Assembly (NCBI GenBank): GCA_013239625.1
Contig: MU054037.1
Location: forward strand, 186,001-250,000
Source of the DNA: Lama guanicoe
Taxonomy: Eukaryota
Direction: 5' to 3'
Length of the DNA stretch: 64,000 bases
The notes under the pieces were generated by a model. That model made no database searches. It saw only the letters and a program-made list of their open reading frames with translations, and had not been told where the DNA came from. This document shows positions 13,064-30,128 of the stretch, piece by piece; position 1 is the stretch's first letter, and the number at the start of each line of letters is the position of its first letter. Both the position numbers and the translations under genes were made by a program.

Positions 13064-15869
13064 TAGCTGGACAAAGGCTTTAAATCTATCCTCTTTGTGC
13101 CTCAGTTCCTCATTTGAAAAACGAGGATATTATCAGTGCCACTGCAGAGGGGTTTTGGAAAGACTCAATGAAAAAAATGCATGAAAAGCATTTAATGTAG
13201 TCTGGTACAGAATACCTTCCCAGTAAGTGTTCGATCTTGTTAGTGTACTAATAACTCTTAGGAGTGCTGCCACTTCTGAAGATGGAAAGGTTTGATGTCT
13301 GTATTTCATTTGCTTCTTTGGCTTTAGGTGGCTTGTTTCTCTGCACCTGATCGCCTTATTTGATAGATATCTATTAAGCATTGAAGGGAAATGCTGGTGG
13401 GTGGTTTTTAATTCATTTAGCAAGTGTTTGCTGAGAGCCTTTGGTGTGCCAAGGAATGTGTTAGACGTTGGGGATACTGGTGAACAAACAGGCCCTGCTC
13501 AGGTCCTCACGGAACTTATAAACTTTTAGTGGTTACCCCCTGCATGTTCTAGAACCTTCTTTTTACATTGTTTCTTTTCTACCTAAATTTCCAGAATTTT
13601 TTTCAGTTGTATTTTTAATCGACTATACAACTACACACTAAATACAAACTCCTAAATATCACAAAACAACTAAAAAAATCTAACTCCCCAAGTTATTTTC
13701 AAATTCCTTTGCTGCCTCTGATCTTACCTTTTACACAGATGATGTTATATATACATCCTTTCAGGTCTAGCTCTTGCATTTTCTCTCACTTTTTCTGTTT
13801 CTTCATCATTTTCACAGTTGTTATCCACAGTGATGTTCTGGTATTATTATACCAGCGTATCCTTGAGTAAGGGAACTGAAACAGAAAGGCATGGACTTCT
13901 GCACCTTTTGCCTCTGGCTGGGACCCCACTCTCTGTAATTGTAATTTTTTTTTTCTGTTACATAAATGCAGTGAAAATCTCAATTTCTGTCACCCTTCAT
14001 TATCAGCTCTTTTCTCATCCACAGTGCAGTGACAGTTTTAGCCTTTAATTTTTTCAAAAGTGCCTGGAGTCAGGTAAGGAAACTTATTTAGGTCTAGGAA
14101 CTATGTTTTTGTTTTATTTTTTCCCAGGTATGAAACTTTTTGAGTTTTTTGTTCATTTATTTTAGTGAAAGTATCTTTTAAAATACTGTACAATCAGCCG
14201 TTGTTTTTATTAACATTGATGTGAAAGAGTTCTGCGCCCTCCAGTTTCCAACAAGCATCCATCTGTGGGCCCCTTCTCTCCCACACCTTTGCCTTCCCCG
14301 TTATCTGATCTACAACAAATCTTTGCCCTTTGCACTTATCCTATGTCTTCTTGTTTTCTTTAGTAATCCTGTTTTGAAGGCCATTTTCAGGGCTTTTGAA
14401 AATCTCCCGTAAGTTTCTTGTCAGGTTAAAGACTTAAACAAGGACAACAGCTTATTTTTCCTCCATAGAAATGAGATTGATCTGCATCCTAACAATTTGC
14501 CTTCTCCAAGCACAGACTTTTCTTTCTCTGGTCTCTTGTCTCCTACCTCTTGTTTGTTAAACTGTTTGAGCAACAGATATTTTCACTAGACCTTTATACC
14601 TCCTGCTTGCCTTCCCTGCACACACGTGGTTACTTTTATTGTTTGACCTTTCATCACCAGGACTGGAATCTATATGTTCACCTTTGACCCAGGCTTGTTT
14701 TTTACAGAACTAAACTTTCTGAAAAGGCATTCATGACCTACCCTGTCACATCTTTCCCAAACATCAACATTTTAATTCTCCATCCCAATAGCCAGTATAG
14801 GGCTTGGCATATCAGAGATACTCAGTAAATTTTTTATCGCATGAGTGAGTAAATTATTTCCCTTAGTCATTTTACCATTTTGTCTTTATCACCCACATTT
14901 TCTGTATCATTAAGGCTCCTGCTGTCTTCTCAGTTACCATAGCCCGACCCTGGTTCAGAGCTTAACCATCCCCACTTGGACTGTTTCAGTACTTTCCTTC
15001 TCGACCACCTGCCTTCAACCTTGCCTACTTCAGCTCTGCCCTGTATCACAAAACATATCCATGAACGTCAGAGGGATTTCACTGAAACATTTATTCAGGG
15101 GCTTCTGGGTTTGTTACCATTTTGTTTCTTGCTATCATCCCCACTTATCTTTCTCTCCTGCTACACATTGCCTAATACTCTGATTCAAGCAAGGGAGTGG
15201 ACCTGTTAACCGCCCCTGCACTCAGCTCTCCACTCTACCTTTGAGCAACTTGTGCTCATCCCCTACCCTGAGCCTTCTTTCAGTTTGTGACTAAAGATTC
15301 ACCTCCATCAACTTCTCAGACTCATCCCCCTTGCTTAGACACGGTCTTTGCTAACTCTAGCAGTGGTCGGTTGCCGAGCAAGAACAGGGGCAACACACCC
15401 CATTCTGTTTTGTTTAATACACTTTCCAAGCAGAGTAACCATTCACTGACTTGCTTGCCACATGTTTCAGCATTTACTCTGCATGGCCAGACTTTGAATC
15501 AGATGCTGGGATACAAAATATTTTAGAAATTCATGGAAGTCATTACTCCTTGCAGTGTCCTTCCAAAGTAGATACATTAATTTTCTTAATTTTGTCAGTG
15601 GATGAAATTTGGTAGCTGTCTGAAGATTAAAGTACTTTTGCAAGATGTCTTGAGCATCCTAAAATAAATCTTCCAAGTGATTCTAACTTTTTTTCTGTCT
15701 CTAAAAGAAATAGAGTAAGTGTCCAAAGATGTATGTTCCATTCTAATCTGTACAGGATCCCCAAAACCTAAAGTTGAACTCCTTTACTCTTAGCATCCTT
15801 TGGATGCTGTTCCTGGGAAATTCATCATTTTCCTCTCTCCTGTATTTTCAATCTCTTTAATCCTTTTAG

Positions 15870-16352
<483 letters not shown>

Positions 16353-16451
16353 GTCGTTAATTTTGTCTGCCAGAGTCTAGCTGAGCACTTCTGTGGACTT
16401 CTTTTTGAACTGCATAGCTCAGTCACTTAGGGCTTTTTGCCTGCTTTTTAG

Positions 16452-16550
<99 letters not shown>

Positions 16551-16764
16551 TAATTCCTTTCCTTTTATCCAGTCTTTGTTTTAAATATGTTGTGTGTGAG
16601 CACATGGGTTCCCAAGTTTGAGTCCTTCTGATTTTTTTTAACTATGGACAGTTATTTTCTGAGCCATACGGTCTGAAAAGGGTTTTATGACTCAAAAGAA
16701 AGTGGGGATTCCGGGAGATGCAGTTTGAATACTTAAATGTCATTTCTAAGTACATTAGTTTTGT

Positions 16765-17460
16765 CTTTTATAACAGCTTAATGGAGATATAATTCATGTA
16801 ACATACAATTCATCTGTTTAAAATTTACAGTTCAGTGATTTTTAGTGTATTCATTACAGTTGTTCAACTCTCACCACAGCTTAGAACATTTGTTATCATG
16901 CCAGCAAGAATTTCTGTACCCATTAGCAGTCACTCCTCACTTCCCCTCAAACTCTCTAGCCCTTGGCAACCTCTAATCTTACCTCCTGTCTGTATTGATT
17001 TGCCTATTCCGGATATTTTGTATATATGTAACATGTGATCCTTTCTGACTGACTGCTTTCATTTAACATAATGTTTTCACAGTTCATCTATACTATACCG
17101 TGTATCAGTACTTCATTTATGTTTACTGCCAAATAATATTTCACTATATAGATATACTATATTTTATTTGTGTATTCATCAGCTGATAGACATTTGTGCT
17201 GTTATGACTAATGCTGCTGTGAGCACTCATATATGTTTTGGTGTGAACATGCTTTTTACTTTACTGCTGGAGCATATGTTTAGCCTTTTGAAGAAGTACC
17301 AGGCCGGCTCCCAAAGCAGCTGCACCATTTTACGTTCTCCCAGCCGTGTAGGAGGGTTCCAGTTTCTCCACATCCTCTCTAACACTGTCCTCTTGTTATT
17401 TGCCTTTTTGATTATAGCCATCCTGGTGGGTGTGAAGTGATACCTCACTATGGTCTTGAT
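16765..17460 (-). mobile_element. L1M 3' region
   Basis: Antisense ORF2 remnant RYHFTPTRMAIIKK plus a typical 3'UTR. Confidence 0.85.
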
Positions 17461-17639
17461 CACTTTCTGGTTTTAGTGTAAATCAGATGACAGATGATTT
17501 TAAATTGGAGCCAGTGCAGAGGATCCAGGCTGTATGGCCACCACGCTTTTGGATGTCACTCGCTCCTCTCTGCTTCCCTCCTCATGCAGGGCCCCTTCGG
17601 GCTCCATTTTGGCTCTCCATTCACTGGTCTCACTTTCTT

Positions 17640-17774
17640 TTTTCTTTTTGTTTTGGAGGAGGGAGGGTAATTAGGTTTGTTTGTTTATTTATTTGAATGG
17701 AGGTACTGGGGGTTGAACCCAGGACCTCTTGCATGCTAAGCGTGTGCTCTAGCACTGAGCTATACCCCTCCCCC
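17640..17774 (-). mobile_element. tRNA-derived camelid-type (vic-1-like) SINE
   Basis: Reverse complement has A and B boxes (tagctcagtg; ggttcaaccc) and a tail; TSD tctcactttctt at 17628-17639 and 17779-17790. Confidence 0.85.
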
Positions 17775-19194
17775 TTCTTCTCACTTTCTTAAGCTGTTCC
17801 CACTTCAGACTTTGACCCATAAGGAATATGGTAGCTGTATCTAAAATAGGCCAAATCTAAATCTGTTCAGTTTCAGTAAATCTACACTCTTTTTTCTCAC
17901 CTATACTACCTGTCAAGGTAAAGGATATGAGTTTGAGAGATCAATGTATAAAACCCAATGTGAACTATAGTAAACTGTTTTACTTCAGCCTCAAACACCA
18001 AAACTGGACATTAGCGGGCTTGTGCTCTTAACTCTGATTAGTTATCCACTGAATATTGATCTTTAGAACAATATCAGAATTTTAAATACGCTATTGGCAG
18101 GTTTGAGAGGTCGCTACAAGGAAAAAGAGGAGTCGGCAGAATATCAGAATGCTAGGAACTCCTTGGTGTCTCTGGAGAAGGTTTAGCTTGGAATTGCCCA
18201 ACCTTGCTCAGACTGTTTATGGTTTCATAGCACGGTGCCTTCTGAGAAGAACCAAGCCGTGAACCCCGGGAGCTGTAGGGTGATGGGTTGAGGCGGACAG
18301 GCATTGTGAGAGTTTATTTCTCTTAGGAGAGGATGTGCATATGGCAGGATTGTGTTAAAGATTTGGAATCGTGGGGCAGAGGGGTGTATTTTAGCACTGG
18401 AAAAGTAGTAACTTCAAACCAAAACATCACTGCCCAAATGTCCTTCAGCTGGTCCCTGACCACCAGCAGTTTCTCCCTGTCTGTGTCCCCCTTAGAGCTT
18501 GACATGACCCCATTTTCTGACGCCCGCTTTTCCCCTTCCAAAGCTCTGACATGCTCTTTTCAGAGTCAAATTGTGAGGATTTTTAATTTTAGATGGTACA
18601 CACATAACATTTCATGTAACTCTTACTTTACGTCACTCTACTCAGTTATAAATGGGACATAGGCTTTGTGGTGACAAATGCAGACTGAATGCCAAGAGTC
18701 ATACGCTCTTCTGTTGACTCAGCCTAACCTTCACAGCAGCTTACCCATAACGTAGGGTGTATAATCAGTGACTGTTTCCAAGGATACTGTGAAAGTTATT
18801 GAGAACCTGTTTCGTATTTCATGCCCCTGGAAATAAGTCATATTAAACAGTATACAGCTGCTGTGCTGTTTCTGCAAAAGCCACTCATCTTTTTCAGTTG
18901 CATCCTTAAGTAGCAGTGGCACAGGTGAAGACAGCTTCCCTGTAGACAGTGGGCAGGGCTAGTAAATTTTGTATCAAGGATATAGCCATGCTCTGATGCT
19001 GGTAAACATTCATTTATCAAGCAAGGTTATACAAGCATGTAAAATGCGTCATCCTGGAGCTGTTTTTCAGTGTGAGTAGACTATACGGATCTCTTGACCT
19101 CTTCCTGTTAGAGCTGGTGGAATAGCAGAATTTATCTGGATGAGTCAAGTACAGAGTGGTTGGCAGGTACCCAGGGAGGTCTGTCTTCCGTTAA

Positions 19195-19377
<183 letters not shown>

Positions 19378-20096
19378 TAACAGTTATAAAACCAAAACAA
19401 TATTGTGTCCTCCTTACTTTTGTAATTGTTTGAGGGCTAGCGCACATACACACTTAAAGACACACATATCTAAATATAGGCTCTATGCATATTGTATACC
19501 TGCATTTAGTCATGTCTTAGTATGTATTTTTATTAATAATATATAAAGAGTCTGTTCATATTGTAAACTCCTCAAGGGCAGGGTTGATATATTTTTCATA
19601 ATTCATAAGTCCTCTAAATGTTAGTTTTAGAGCTCAAATGTTTCTTGATGAAATCTTTCAAAAAATTCTTCTCTCCCTTTAGTTGTTCAGGTGTAGCATC
19701 ATATGTAGCAATAGCAGAAACGAGGACAAGAACCTTACAAAAGGTCAGAGTACTCAGGGTCAGATTCTGGTTAAACAGATGGCTGGACACTAAGTTGAGT
19801 CACAGTAAGTCAAATGTAGAAGTTACGTGTCCCAGTACCGGAGAGTCTTAGAGCGAACACGCTGAGCGTGAAGGGCAGATTGGTTCATCTTTAGACAACA
19901 CACTTCAAGGCTGGGGTGGGAGGAGTGCATGGGCTGAGCGTGTCTTCAGAGCCTCTGGACTTTTCCAAATATTCCTGCAGATATTTAAATTGCTCCATAT
20001 TACATTGTATTTTCTATGTTTTACGTGTTTAAAGTGCTGGTGACTAAACTCTGCAAAGGTCTGAATCTCGTCCATGGATCTAACCTTTCCTATTAG

Positions 20097-20246
<150 letters not shown>

Positions 20247-20876
20247 TAGTTCTTCATAGAGTCCCATAGTCTGTGGATGATGGACCACTAGCTAGTGACA
20301 CCATGGTGTCCTAGATGGAGCTGAAAACTGAGCTCTCCCTTTGGGAGTAGAGCTTACAAAACTAATGTGCTAATATTATGAAATATGGTGTTGTTTTGAA
20401 CACTACTTGCAAAATTGGATTTCACTTTGCTTTTGTAAAACTCATCTAACCTGCCTAACTAGGCCTCCTGTTCTCTCTAAAATCACTAAGCTAAAGAAGA
20501 TAAGCATCCATTTTTCTCAAGAAACATTTGCTAGGCCCATGCTGGATGCCAGGTCCTAATGAACACGGGAGGTGCAAAGATGCATGAGATATGGTATCTT
20601 CTCTCAAGTGTTCACAAGGATAGAATTGCCTTATAATCTACAATTCAGAAATGCAAACACATTAAAAAAATATAACCCAAAATGGAATTGAGAAGAACTC
20701 TAGGAGACATAAATCATATTGTCTGCCCTGAAAATGCAGGCAAGTTCTTGTATTCATGCCTGAGTTAATCCGGTATGCCCTTCTGCCATCTTATTGGTCA
20801 GAATGATCTCTGGATGTGAAACAAATGCACCAAGACACTGAACATGCACTCCAGGCATGCGATGAGCCTATACTGA

Positions 20877-21020
<144 letters not shown>

Positions 21021-22186
21021 TGAGCTGATAGTTTTGTTAGTTTTCAGAGTGAGTCATGCTGTGAGGTTTAGGGCACAGACAAGCCTTTATTCCTTGTGCC
21101 CCATAAGAGTTAGATCTGAGTTACAAGTCTGATTCAAATTCATTCTGCCTTTTTTCTTTTTCTAAATTTTATTTTCCCCTTTGTCTTTTGTAGGCTGAAG
21201 TCTAAGGTAGCTTTGCGTCACTGTGATGTTTTGATCAAAAACATCATGAAAATGATGAGACCAGAGAGGCTAGTCCTGCCTCATACTAGGCGTGGAAATG
21301 TAGGAAAGTTACTTGTCCCAGCCCACCCAGATCCCCTAGCTTACCTATCAGATGGAAGCTCCAGAGCCTGCTCCACAGTCACAGCCCTGCCCTGTCCTCG
21401 GTGAATCAGTCAAGTAGCAGACACAATGAAATGTGAGGAGGCCTGGTGGAAGCAGGGGGTTGGCTTCCCGAGGGCTGTGGTGTTAAGGCTGGATTTGAGG
21501 ATGATGTATATAGGTTTCTTCTGGGGAGTACTTTGACCTGAGAAAGAAGAGAATTTAAAATAACTACAAGTAGAGAAAGGAAAGACCAGGAGGACCCTAG
21601 CTTCTCTCTCAAACACTTCCTTTTACTCCTTCAGTAATCACCACACTGATTTGCCATTTCCTAATCTAGATGGGTCAGGATTGGGGTCTCCAGCATCCAG
21701 GACTGGGTTTTCCCCTTTGACTGTATTCATTTAATAAATAGTTGTCAAAAAAGAAAGACTAGATGTAAAAACTTACCTGGGAAATCAGCTATACAGCTAG
21801 TGCAATTAAATAGGTGGAGATGTGTGTATCATGCTGATTCGAAGTGCTGGGCCCCGTCCCGCGGACAGTTTGTGTAATTCCTCATGCCCTCTCCCCCGCC
21901 ACGAGGCCGTGGTTTGCTGATCATCATGATCAGGAGTAGTAAAAGAGGAAGAAAAGTAAGAAGAACTAGGGGGAGTTAGCAGTGAGAGAGAAAGGGAAAA
22001 TGAGTGGAGCACTGGTGGGAAGTGAGTGATACGAAGTGAGGAGATGTCAGTCATTGGTGCCCTTGGCTTTAGGAGTCAGGCCTGGCTCTCAGAACAGTAG
22101 GTTTAAAAGTGTGGTGTGCATTCTTCTTGGGTTAACATGTTTACTTATTTGTTTTAATGTTTTTTGTGTTTTGTTTTTTATCCTAG

Positions 22187-22297
<111 letters not shown>

Positions 22298-22593
22298 TAG
22301 AGTCAATGTTATGGAGCGGTTTGTTTTGATTTTCATTCTTTGTTTTACTAATAATTCTTATATCACAGTCTGCCTAAAGTCAGGATTGTTACAGGAGAAG
22401 TTGTATATTATGTGTCATTTTATTGAGGGTTGGTGGCTGGTGTTCATTGGGATTTTTCCAACCACACACCTCCCTCCATCCCCTTTCCTAGATTCTCTAA
22501 TACACCCCACCCCCCACCCCCAAGGGCTTTTTCCATTCCCCTCAGGTCGCCAGCTATGGCTACCATGGCAGTTTCAAGGAAAAAAAAAAGAGA

Positions 22594-22745
22594 GGGGAGG
22601 GTATAACTCAGTGGTAAGAGTGCCTGCTTAGCATGCACAAGATTCTGGGTTCAATCCCCAGCACCTCCATTAAAAACAAATAAATGAATAAACCTAATTA
22701 CTCCCCAAAAAATAAAGTTAAAAAATAATGAAAGCATTTTTTAAA
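22594..22745 (+). mobile_element. vic-1-like SINE
   Basis: ggggagggtataactcagtggt...gggttcaatccccagcacctcca followed by the aaacctaattac tail. Confidence 0.85.
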
Positions 22746-24923
22746 AAGAAAAGTTTTTAAAACAGACTGAAAAAGAAAGATTGAGGACCTCACTATTTTA
22801 GACATTAATAGCAGCTAACATTTACTGAGGTCTTTCTGTGTTGCTAGGCATTTGGACTAAGGGATTAACAGCCAGTCTCATTTTGTCTTTACAACTTAGT
22901 ACCTGCAAGGTGCCTGCTATTTATTATCCTTATTTTACAGAGGAGAAAACTGAAGTACAGAGAAGTTGTCATGTGCCTAAAATCATATGGCCAGTGACAG
23001 ATCTGTGAGTCAAACCCAGATGGACAGTACGTATCAGATAGTCATAGAAGTAGTTTGTGCAGCCTGTGATGAGAGATAGCTTATCTCCTGGTTCCTTAAC
23101 CAGGGTGTAGGCCGCCATCCAGGAATGCCCTCCAGGTGCTACTGGTGGAGTAAGGGAGATGGCTGACCTCACATTGCAGGCAACTGAATATGTAGTCTGG
23201 TGAGCCCTCACTCTTTCCTTTTTCTTAATTCTCTGTCTTTTCCACCCAAAATAATGGAGGTTGATTTTAGGGAGTTTTTAAATTTCCTTTTCTCTTGAAT
23301 AAATGTGTCTCAAATAAAACATCAAAATTTGTGGTATTCCCTTCAGAGAAACCTTGCAGGGCTCATCAACATTGTTTTCATTCCTTAAAACATTTTTGAA
23401 CCATTGCTCTAAAAAGTCCTTTAGATTTTACATCTGGTCTTTTGAATTTTCACAGTATTGGAAAGCCATAAAATAAATTTTCAGAAATGAAAGAAATCTT
23501 TATTGACATCTTATCCATCCAATTCTTTAAAATAAAGGAATTAAGACCCACAGAGGTTAAAGCTGTTGCTCAAGGTTACACACCTAGCTATTGGCAGAGT
23601 TCTGACTTCTTGTCCCAGTTCTCTCTGGAAATCCTCAAGGACACATGGTGACTTAAGAACAGAGTCTCGGGTATAAATGAGCATGGTAATCATCTTTGAC
23701 TCAGTGCACCCATTTCAGGAAATGTATCCTAAGAAAATATTTCAAGAGGATAAAACAGCTCTAAATGTAAAGATTTGTAGAGCAAGATTATCCCATTGAA
23801 AACTGGAAACACCCTGAGTATCTAATAATATAGGTGCAGTCATGTGCATTAAACTATCAACTCGATGGAATATTTAGTAGTAATTAAAATAATTTTGCAG
23901 CATGGAAAATGTACATGCATTCTGAGGTGAAAAACTGGAGTATAATATTTAACATGCACTATAATTAAAACAGTTTTTAACACGTGAGGAGAAATGAAGA
24001 AAATAAATTGATATAATCAGTTGATAGAACAATAGTTTAGTTTTTTCTTAATATAAGGTTGGTTCTTTCCCTCTGAAGTAGAAATCTTTATTTTATCTTG
24101 GTGGTTATGACTATAAAAAAGAAGAGGAAATTTTCCATAATTATATTCAACAGTAACCCTGGTAATGATTTGTGATGGTTTTCCTGAGTATATGTACATG
24201 TTCATATACTGTACATGTATATATGTGAGTGTGTGTGTGTGGAGAGAGGAAATCATAATCACACCATGCATACTGTTATATTAAACTTAAAGAAAATTCT
24301 GTATGTGAACTTACCATAATTCTATTTAAATCTTTATTTCAAAAGAAGACATCTTTATTGTTCCCAATTATAAAAATAATTCACTCATTATAAAAATTAA
24401 AATAATACAAAAGATAGATAGAGATCATCACAATTCTTGATGCTTTTCAACATCGCTGTGCACATGTATATATGCAGTGTTTGATAAATAGAATCGTATA
24501 CATACTGTTTTGTAGTTTGCCTTTTTCACAGACTGTATCTTGGACAGCTTTCCATATCAGTAAATGTAAGTGTTATTTATAATAACTTCATTGTAGCCCA
24601 TTGTCCGAATATGTAGGTGGAATCCAGTTTCCCACTGTTATAAAAAAGTGATGATTACATGCAAGTTTGCTCATTAAAATGATACATTTCTGGAACTGAA
24701 ATTGTTGGCACAAAGGGTGTGAGTGTCCACACCTTTATATGATGACTGTATACTGCCAAACTGTTCCCCTCCACTCCCAGGAAAGCTGTGTAAATAGCAT
24801 GTTGTTGTCTCCCTAGGACCCCCTAAATTCCTTGTCTGTTCCTAATGCAGCCACATGTTCAGTAAAACAGCCAGAGCCAGAGCAGGTCTCCTGCTTCATC
24901 GTGTCTTCTTCACTTCTCTTCAG

Positions 24924-25144
24924 GGCGACTTGCAGCTCCTCTGCTGAAACGTTTGAGCCTCTCCACGTCTAAACTGAACAGCCTGGCCATCGGTCTGCGG
25001 CAGATCGCGGCCTCTTCACAGGACAGCGTGGGACGTGTTCTGCGCCGGACCCGAATTGCCAAAAACTTGGAACTAGAACAAGTGACTGTCCCTATTGGAG
25101 TTCTGCTGGTCATCTTTGAGTCTCGCCCTGACTGTCTGCCCCAG
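24924..25144 (+). CDS. ALDH18A1: ALDH18A1 exon 12
   Basis: (G)[73 protein letters not shown]; ttcag acceptor, gtatgt donor. Confidence 0.97.
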
Positions 25145-26989
25145 GTATGTGAACAGTGCCTGCCATTGGGGTGGGGAAATTGGAGGAAGAGCATCTTTTT
25201 AGGACTCAAGATAAATCTCCGAAAGATATTTTCCTTCCTCCTTCCCTTCTCTTCTTCCTTCTCTTCCTTTCTTTTAGAAAGTCTTACCTTTTTTTCCCCC
25301 AAAGATTATTTTATTGATTCCTTCAGTAATTCTAAAGTAGGTATTCATATGTCCATTTTACAGTTGAAGAAACTGAAGCTTATGGGAGGTAATATTCCTG
25401 TCACACTTAACAAGGATGGATCTGGGCCTTGAGCCCAGATGAACCTCTCATGCCATGATGCGGGAGCATGTTTCCAGATACCTTAGTTCTCTGGAGCACT
25501 TTGTTCCCCGCCCACAGAATCCCTGCTAGCCTCCTGCAGGCTCGTTCATCTTGTAACTGGTTTTGCCCATGTGAAGAAGACCTAAGTATTATCCATGTCA
25601 CAGATGGCTTCCTTTAGGTTCCTGTAGGTACATCTTTTAGAAAAAAGAACTTTCAGTACTTAATGGAAACTAGCACACAACCCCCATTAAGAAATCTGAT
25701 GAATCACAGGCTAATGTGGAGAAACCGTGTAGCAAAGTTCTTACCAAGCAGCCTGCTGTGGTGGTAGAGTGTGGCCTTGCTTGTTGCCCTAAACTCCCTC
25801 CTGGAAATCTGGAACCGGTTCCCCACTGGACTGTCCAGTAGGATGATAGCAGCTCTTTCTTTGCACTAGCCCCAGAGTCTCAAAGAGAGGTTCTATTTAA
25901 AAACAAACAAAAAATGAGTACTCTTGTTGGCAGGGCATCAGTGACCTTGGGAGTCCCACATGCTCAGTGGAGGATGCTCCTTAACATGTCCTAAAAGCAG
26001 CTGGTCCACCAAGGGACTCCCATACCATCAGGGGTCTGTCCTCGGCACCTGGCTGGTGCTGTCACACTGCCCCCTTCTGGCTACGTACCTGTCTCACAGA
26101 GGTGCCCCAGAGATAACTGCAGGATTCCCCTCAGCTGGTAGAGAGGGATCCCAAGTCTCTGCAGACCAGGTCCGTGACGTTCGCTGCCTCGCTTTATCTG
26201 TACTAGTGGATACTTCACAAGGGAAAAGGTTTCCTCTTTAGCCAGTTATAGCTGAGGTTCCTTACCTGGGATCTTAACCTTGGATGGCATTCCAGAATCC
26301 ATGAATCCTAAAAGTTATCTACAGAATTCTGTGTTTTTGCATGTATCTGGAAAAAGTTTACATAATTTTTGTAAGGGGTTCATGAGCAACAAAAACAAGC
26401 AAAAAAGGATTAAGAACCGCTAATCTTAACGGAGAGTACATGTTCAGGCTAGATTTTTTTTTATAAAGTTTCTTTGACTACATTACAAAAACAGTAAGAT
26501 TTTCATTCATCCTGAGAGCATTCAGGGAGTTCTACCTCAGGCCTCAGATGATCGGGTCAGTGTCATGAGCTCCTTGCTCTGAGAGGGCTCCTCCTATGTC
26601 ACCTCTCCAGATAGGCTTGTACTTCTTCCCAGCAGCCTCGGCCGCAGCTGTCCGGGGGCTGGCAGGAGCTCCAGTCCCTTCAGGTTCTCAGCACCAGGCA
26701 TTCAGAGCTTTCAGGACAGTGACGGGGCCAGGGTGGGATGTGGTCAGAGATGCTGCCCCACCGCAGCCTCAGTCAGGTGGAGCAGCACTTGAATCAGGAG
26801 GGGTCATGTGATGCTGGCCACCTAACTTGGGTGGCTCTGTAATGATGCTAAGGCAGCTATATAGTGTAGTTCCTGGGATCCAGTGCTTTGGGACTGAAGT
26901 CAAGGCTCCCAGCCCTGCCATTTATAAGCTGTGTGACTGTCACCAACCTCTCTGGGCTTCAGTGTCCTTATCTGTAAAGCAGGGGATGA

Positions 26990-27331
<342 letters not shown>

Positions 27332-28129
27332 TAGAGCAGCAGCAGGTCCTGTGTGCCTGCTGACGGTGGACATTGCCCGGGCTGCCTTGGCTAGGTGGGT
27401 CTTGCGTGGCTCAGGAAGTCCCCTCATACAGCTGTGTCCTCACACTGTTGATTTACAAGAATGCCTGCCAGCCCTTTATTCTTTAGGTCACAGGCAGCAG
27501 GATACCAGTCCCAGAGTGTGAGGCCCGGGTTCTGCTCCCTGGCAGTGATTTAGGCCGAGTCAGATGAGATACGTTGTATGAAGGGTTGCCATGCAGCTTA
27601 TAAGCATGAGGTCACACTGTTAACACTGCTATTGTTGTGGTCATTATTCTAACCATCATTTCACTCTCCTCAACTGTCCAGTGGAGCTTTTGAACTACTA
27701 GGTAGTTTTGTTGAGCACCTACTGTGGTCAAAGCACTTTCATCCATTGTCTCATTTAATCCTCACAACAACTCTATGAGAAACATACCGTTAGTTATTAA
27801 GTCCACTTTATGGATAGGAGAAGAATAGGCTCATTGTTGAAATAACTCACCCAAAATTGCAGTCTGCGGTAGAGCTTAGTTTTGGAGCTAGGCTGACTTC
27901 ACGTGCTTCCCTTTTTCCCTTGAGGCCCACTTGCTCCAACATTGCAGGGTGCTGTTGGCTGCTGAGAGAGTGCTACAGACCTGCCGCGTTACTTGCTCGC
28001 CGACGAGAAGCTAGGTTATTCTTACAGCAACATGGTGGAAAGAGCACAGACTTTAGGGGTTGAAGTCCCAGCTGCACCACATCCTAGTTTAATTCAACAA
28101 GTTTCCTCCTCCTCCTTCACATACATGCA

Positions 28130-28560
28130 GTAAAGTATCCTAATCTTCCGTAAACAACTCTGTGGTTGGGTCCACACGTGTGCACGTGCGCGCGTGCCTG
28201 CGTATCAAGATACAGAACATTTCCAACACCCCAAAGGCTCCCTGGGGACCTTCCCCGTCAGCGTGTCCCACCCCCACCTCCAGGTAACTGCTTCTTTTAC
28301 TTCTTTCATATTCATTTTCTTTTGCCTGTTCTTGAACTTCATATAAATGAAGTCATTCAGAATGCACTGTTTTATCTTGAGTTTCTGTTGTTCATTATGT
28401 CTGTTCTTATGTCTTTCTCCTTTTTTTCACAATGTAGTGTTCCATTTACATACACATACTACAGCTTATCTTTTCTTCTATGAGGGACACTTGGGTTGTT
28501 TCCAGTTTGAGGCTATGCAGATTCAAGTGACTGTGACCCTTCCTGTACATGTATATTTGT
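28130..28560 (-). mobile_element. L1ME-like 3' fragment
   Basis: ttttgcctgttcttgaacttcatataaatg; ttgggttgtttccagttt. Confidence 0.65.
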
Positions 28561-29160
28561 ATTTCTATTGTTAGTAACATGACCACATGGGGGAAAATTA
28601 AAAATCAAGACGAGAGGGAACATGTGCATAGTCTCAGTATTCTAACACGGCGCGTTAGTCAGTTCAGCCAGCATCCCGGGGTAGAGGTGTCAGCGGAAGT
28701 CACGGGGAGCAGTGACTCCTTAGCAAGACCCAGCTGTGATTAGAGACCCAACGGAGCTGCCGCTTCCTGGAGTGATGCTCATTGCCTGGCATTCTCTGCG
28801 CCTCCTCTGACTTCCAGAGATAGCACTTTGTGCCTCTTCTCGCATTTGTAAAATGATCTGGCTGGTGGTGTCCTAGTCCTGTCTTCCCTACCAGACTCTG
28901 AGCCCTTTGGGTAGGGACCCTGTCCTGCGTGTTTTGTAATGCAGAGCACAGCACCTAATATGCAGGGTTTGATAAGCATTTGCTGGACAGCTTTTCTGTT
29001 CCCATGATTGGGAACTTAATCTTGTATTTGGAGTAAGTTTTCACAGCACCACTTATTTCTCAGGAAGTAGAGACATTTTTCTGTAAAAGGGATGCTGCTC
29101 CTTCAGTTCTTGTGTGGTCAGGAGATGTCATCTTTATCTTTTTATTCTCTGCCTGTTCAG

Positions 29161-29356
29161 GTGAATACCAGAGAAGAAGTGGAAGATCTTTGCCGCCTAG
29201 ACAAAATGATCGACCTGATCATCCCACGTGGCTCCTCCCAGCTGGTCAGAGACATCCAGAAAGCTGCTAAGGGCATTCCAGTGATGGGGCACAGTGAAGG
29301 GATCTGCCACATGTACGTGGATTCAGAAGCCAGTGTCGATAAAGTCACCAGACTAG
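29161..29356 (+). CDS. ALDH18A1: ALDH18A1 exon 14
   Basis: [65 protein letters not shown]; ttcag acceptor, gtgagc donor. Confidence 0.97.
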
Positions 29357-29411
29357 GTGAGCTGGATGGGGTCCCGTTTGTATGTAGGCAGAATACTTGT
29401 GTCCTTTGTGA

Positions 29412-30128
<717 letters not shown>

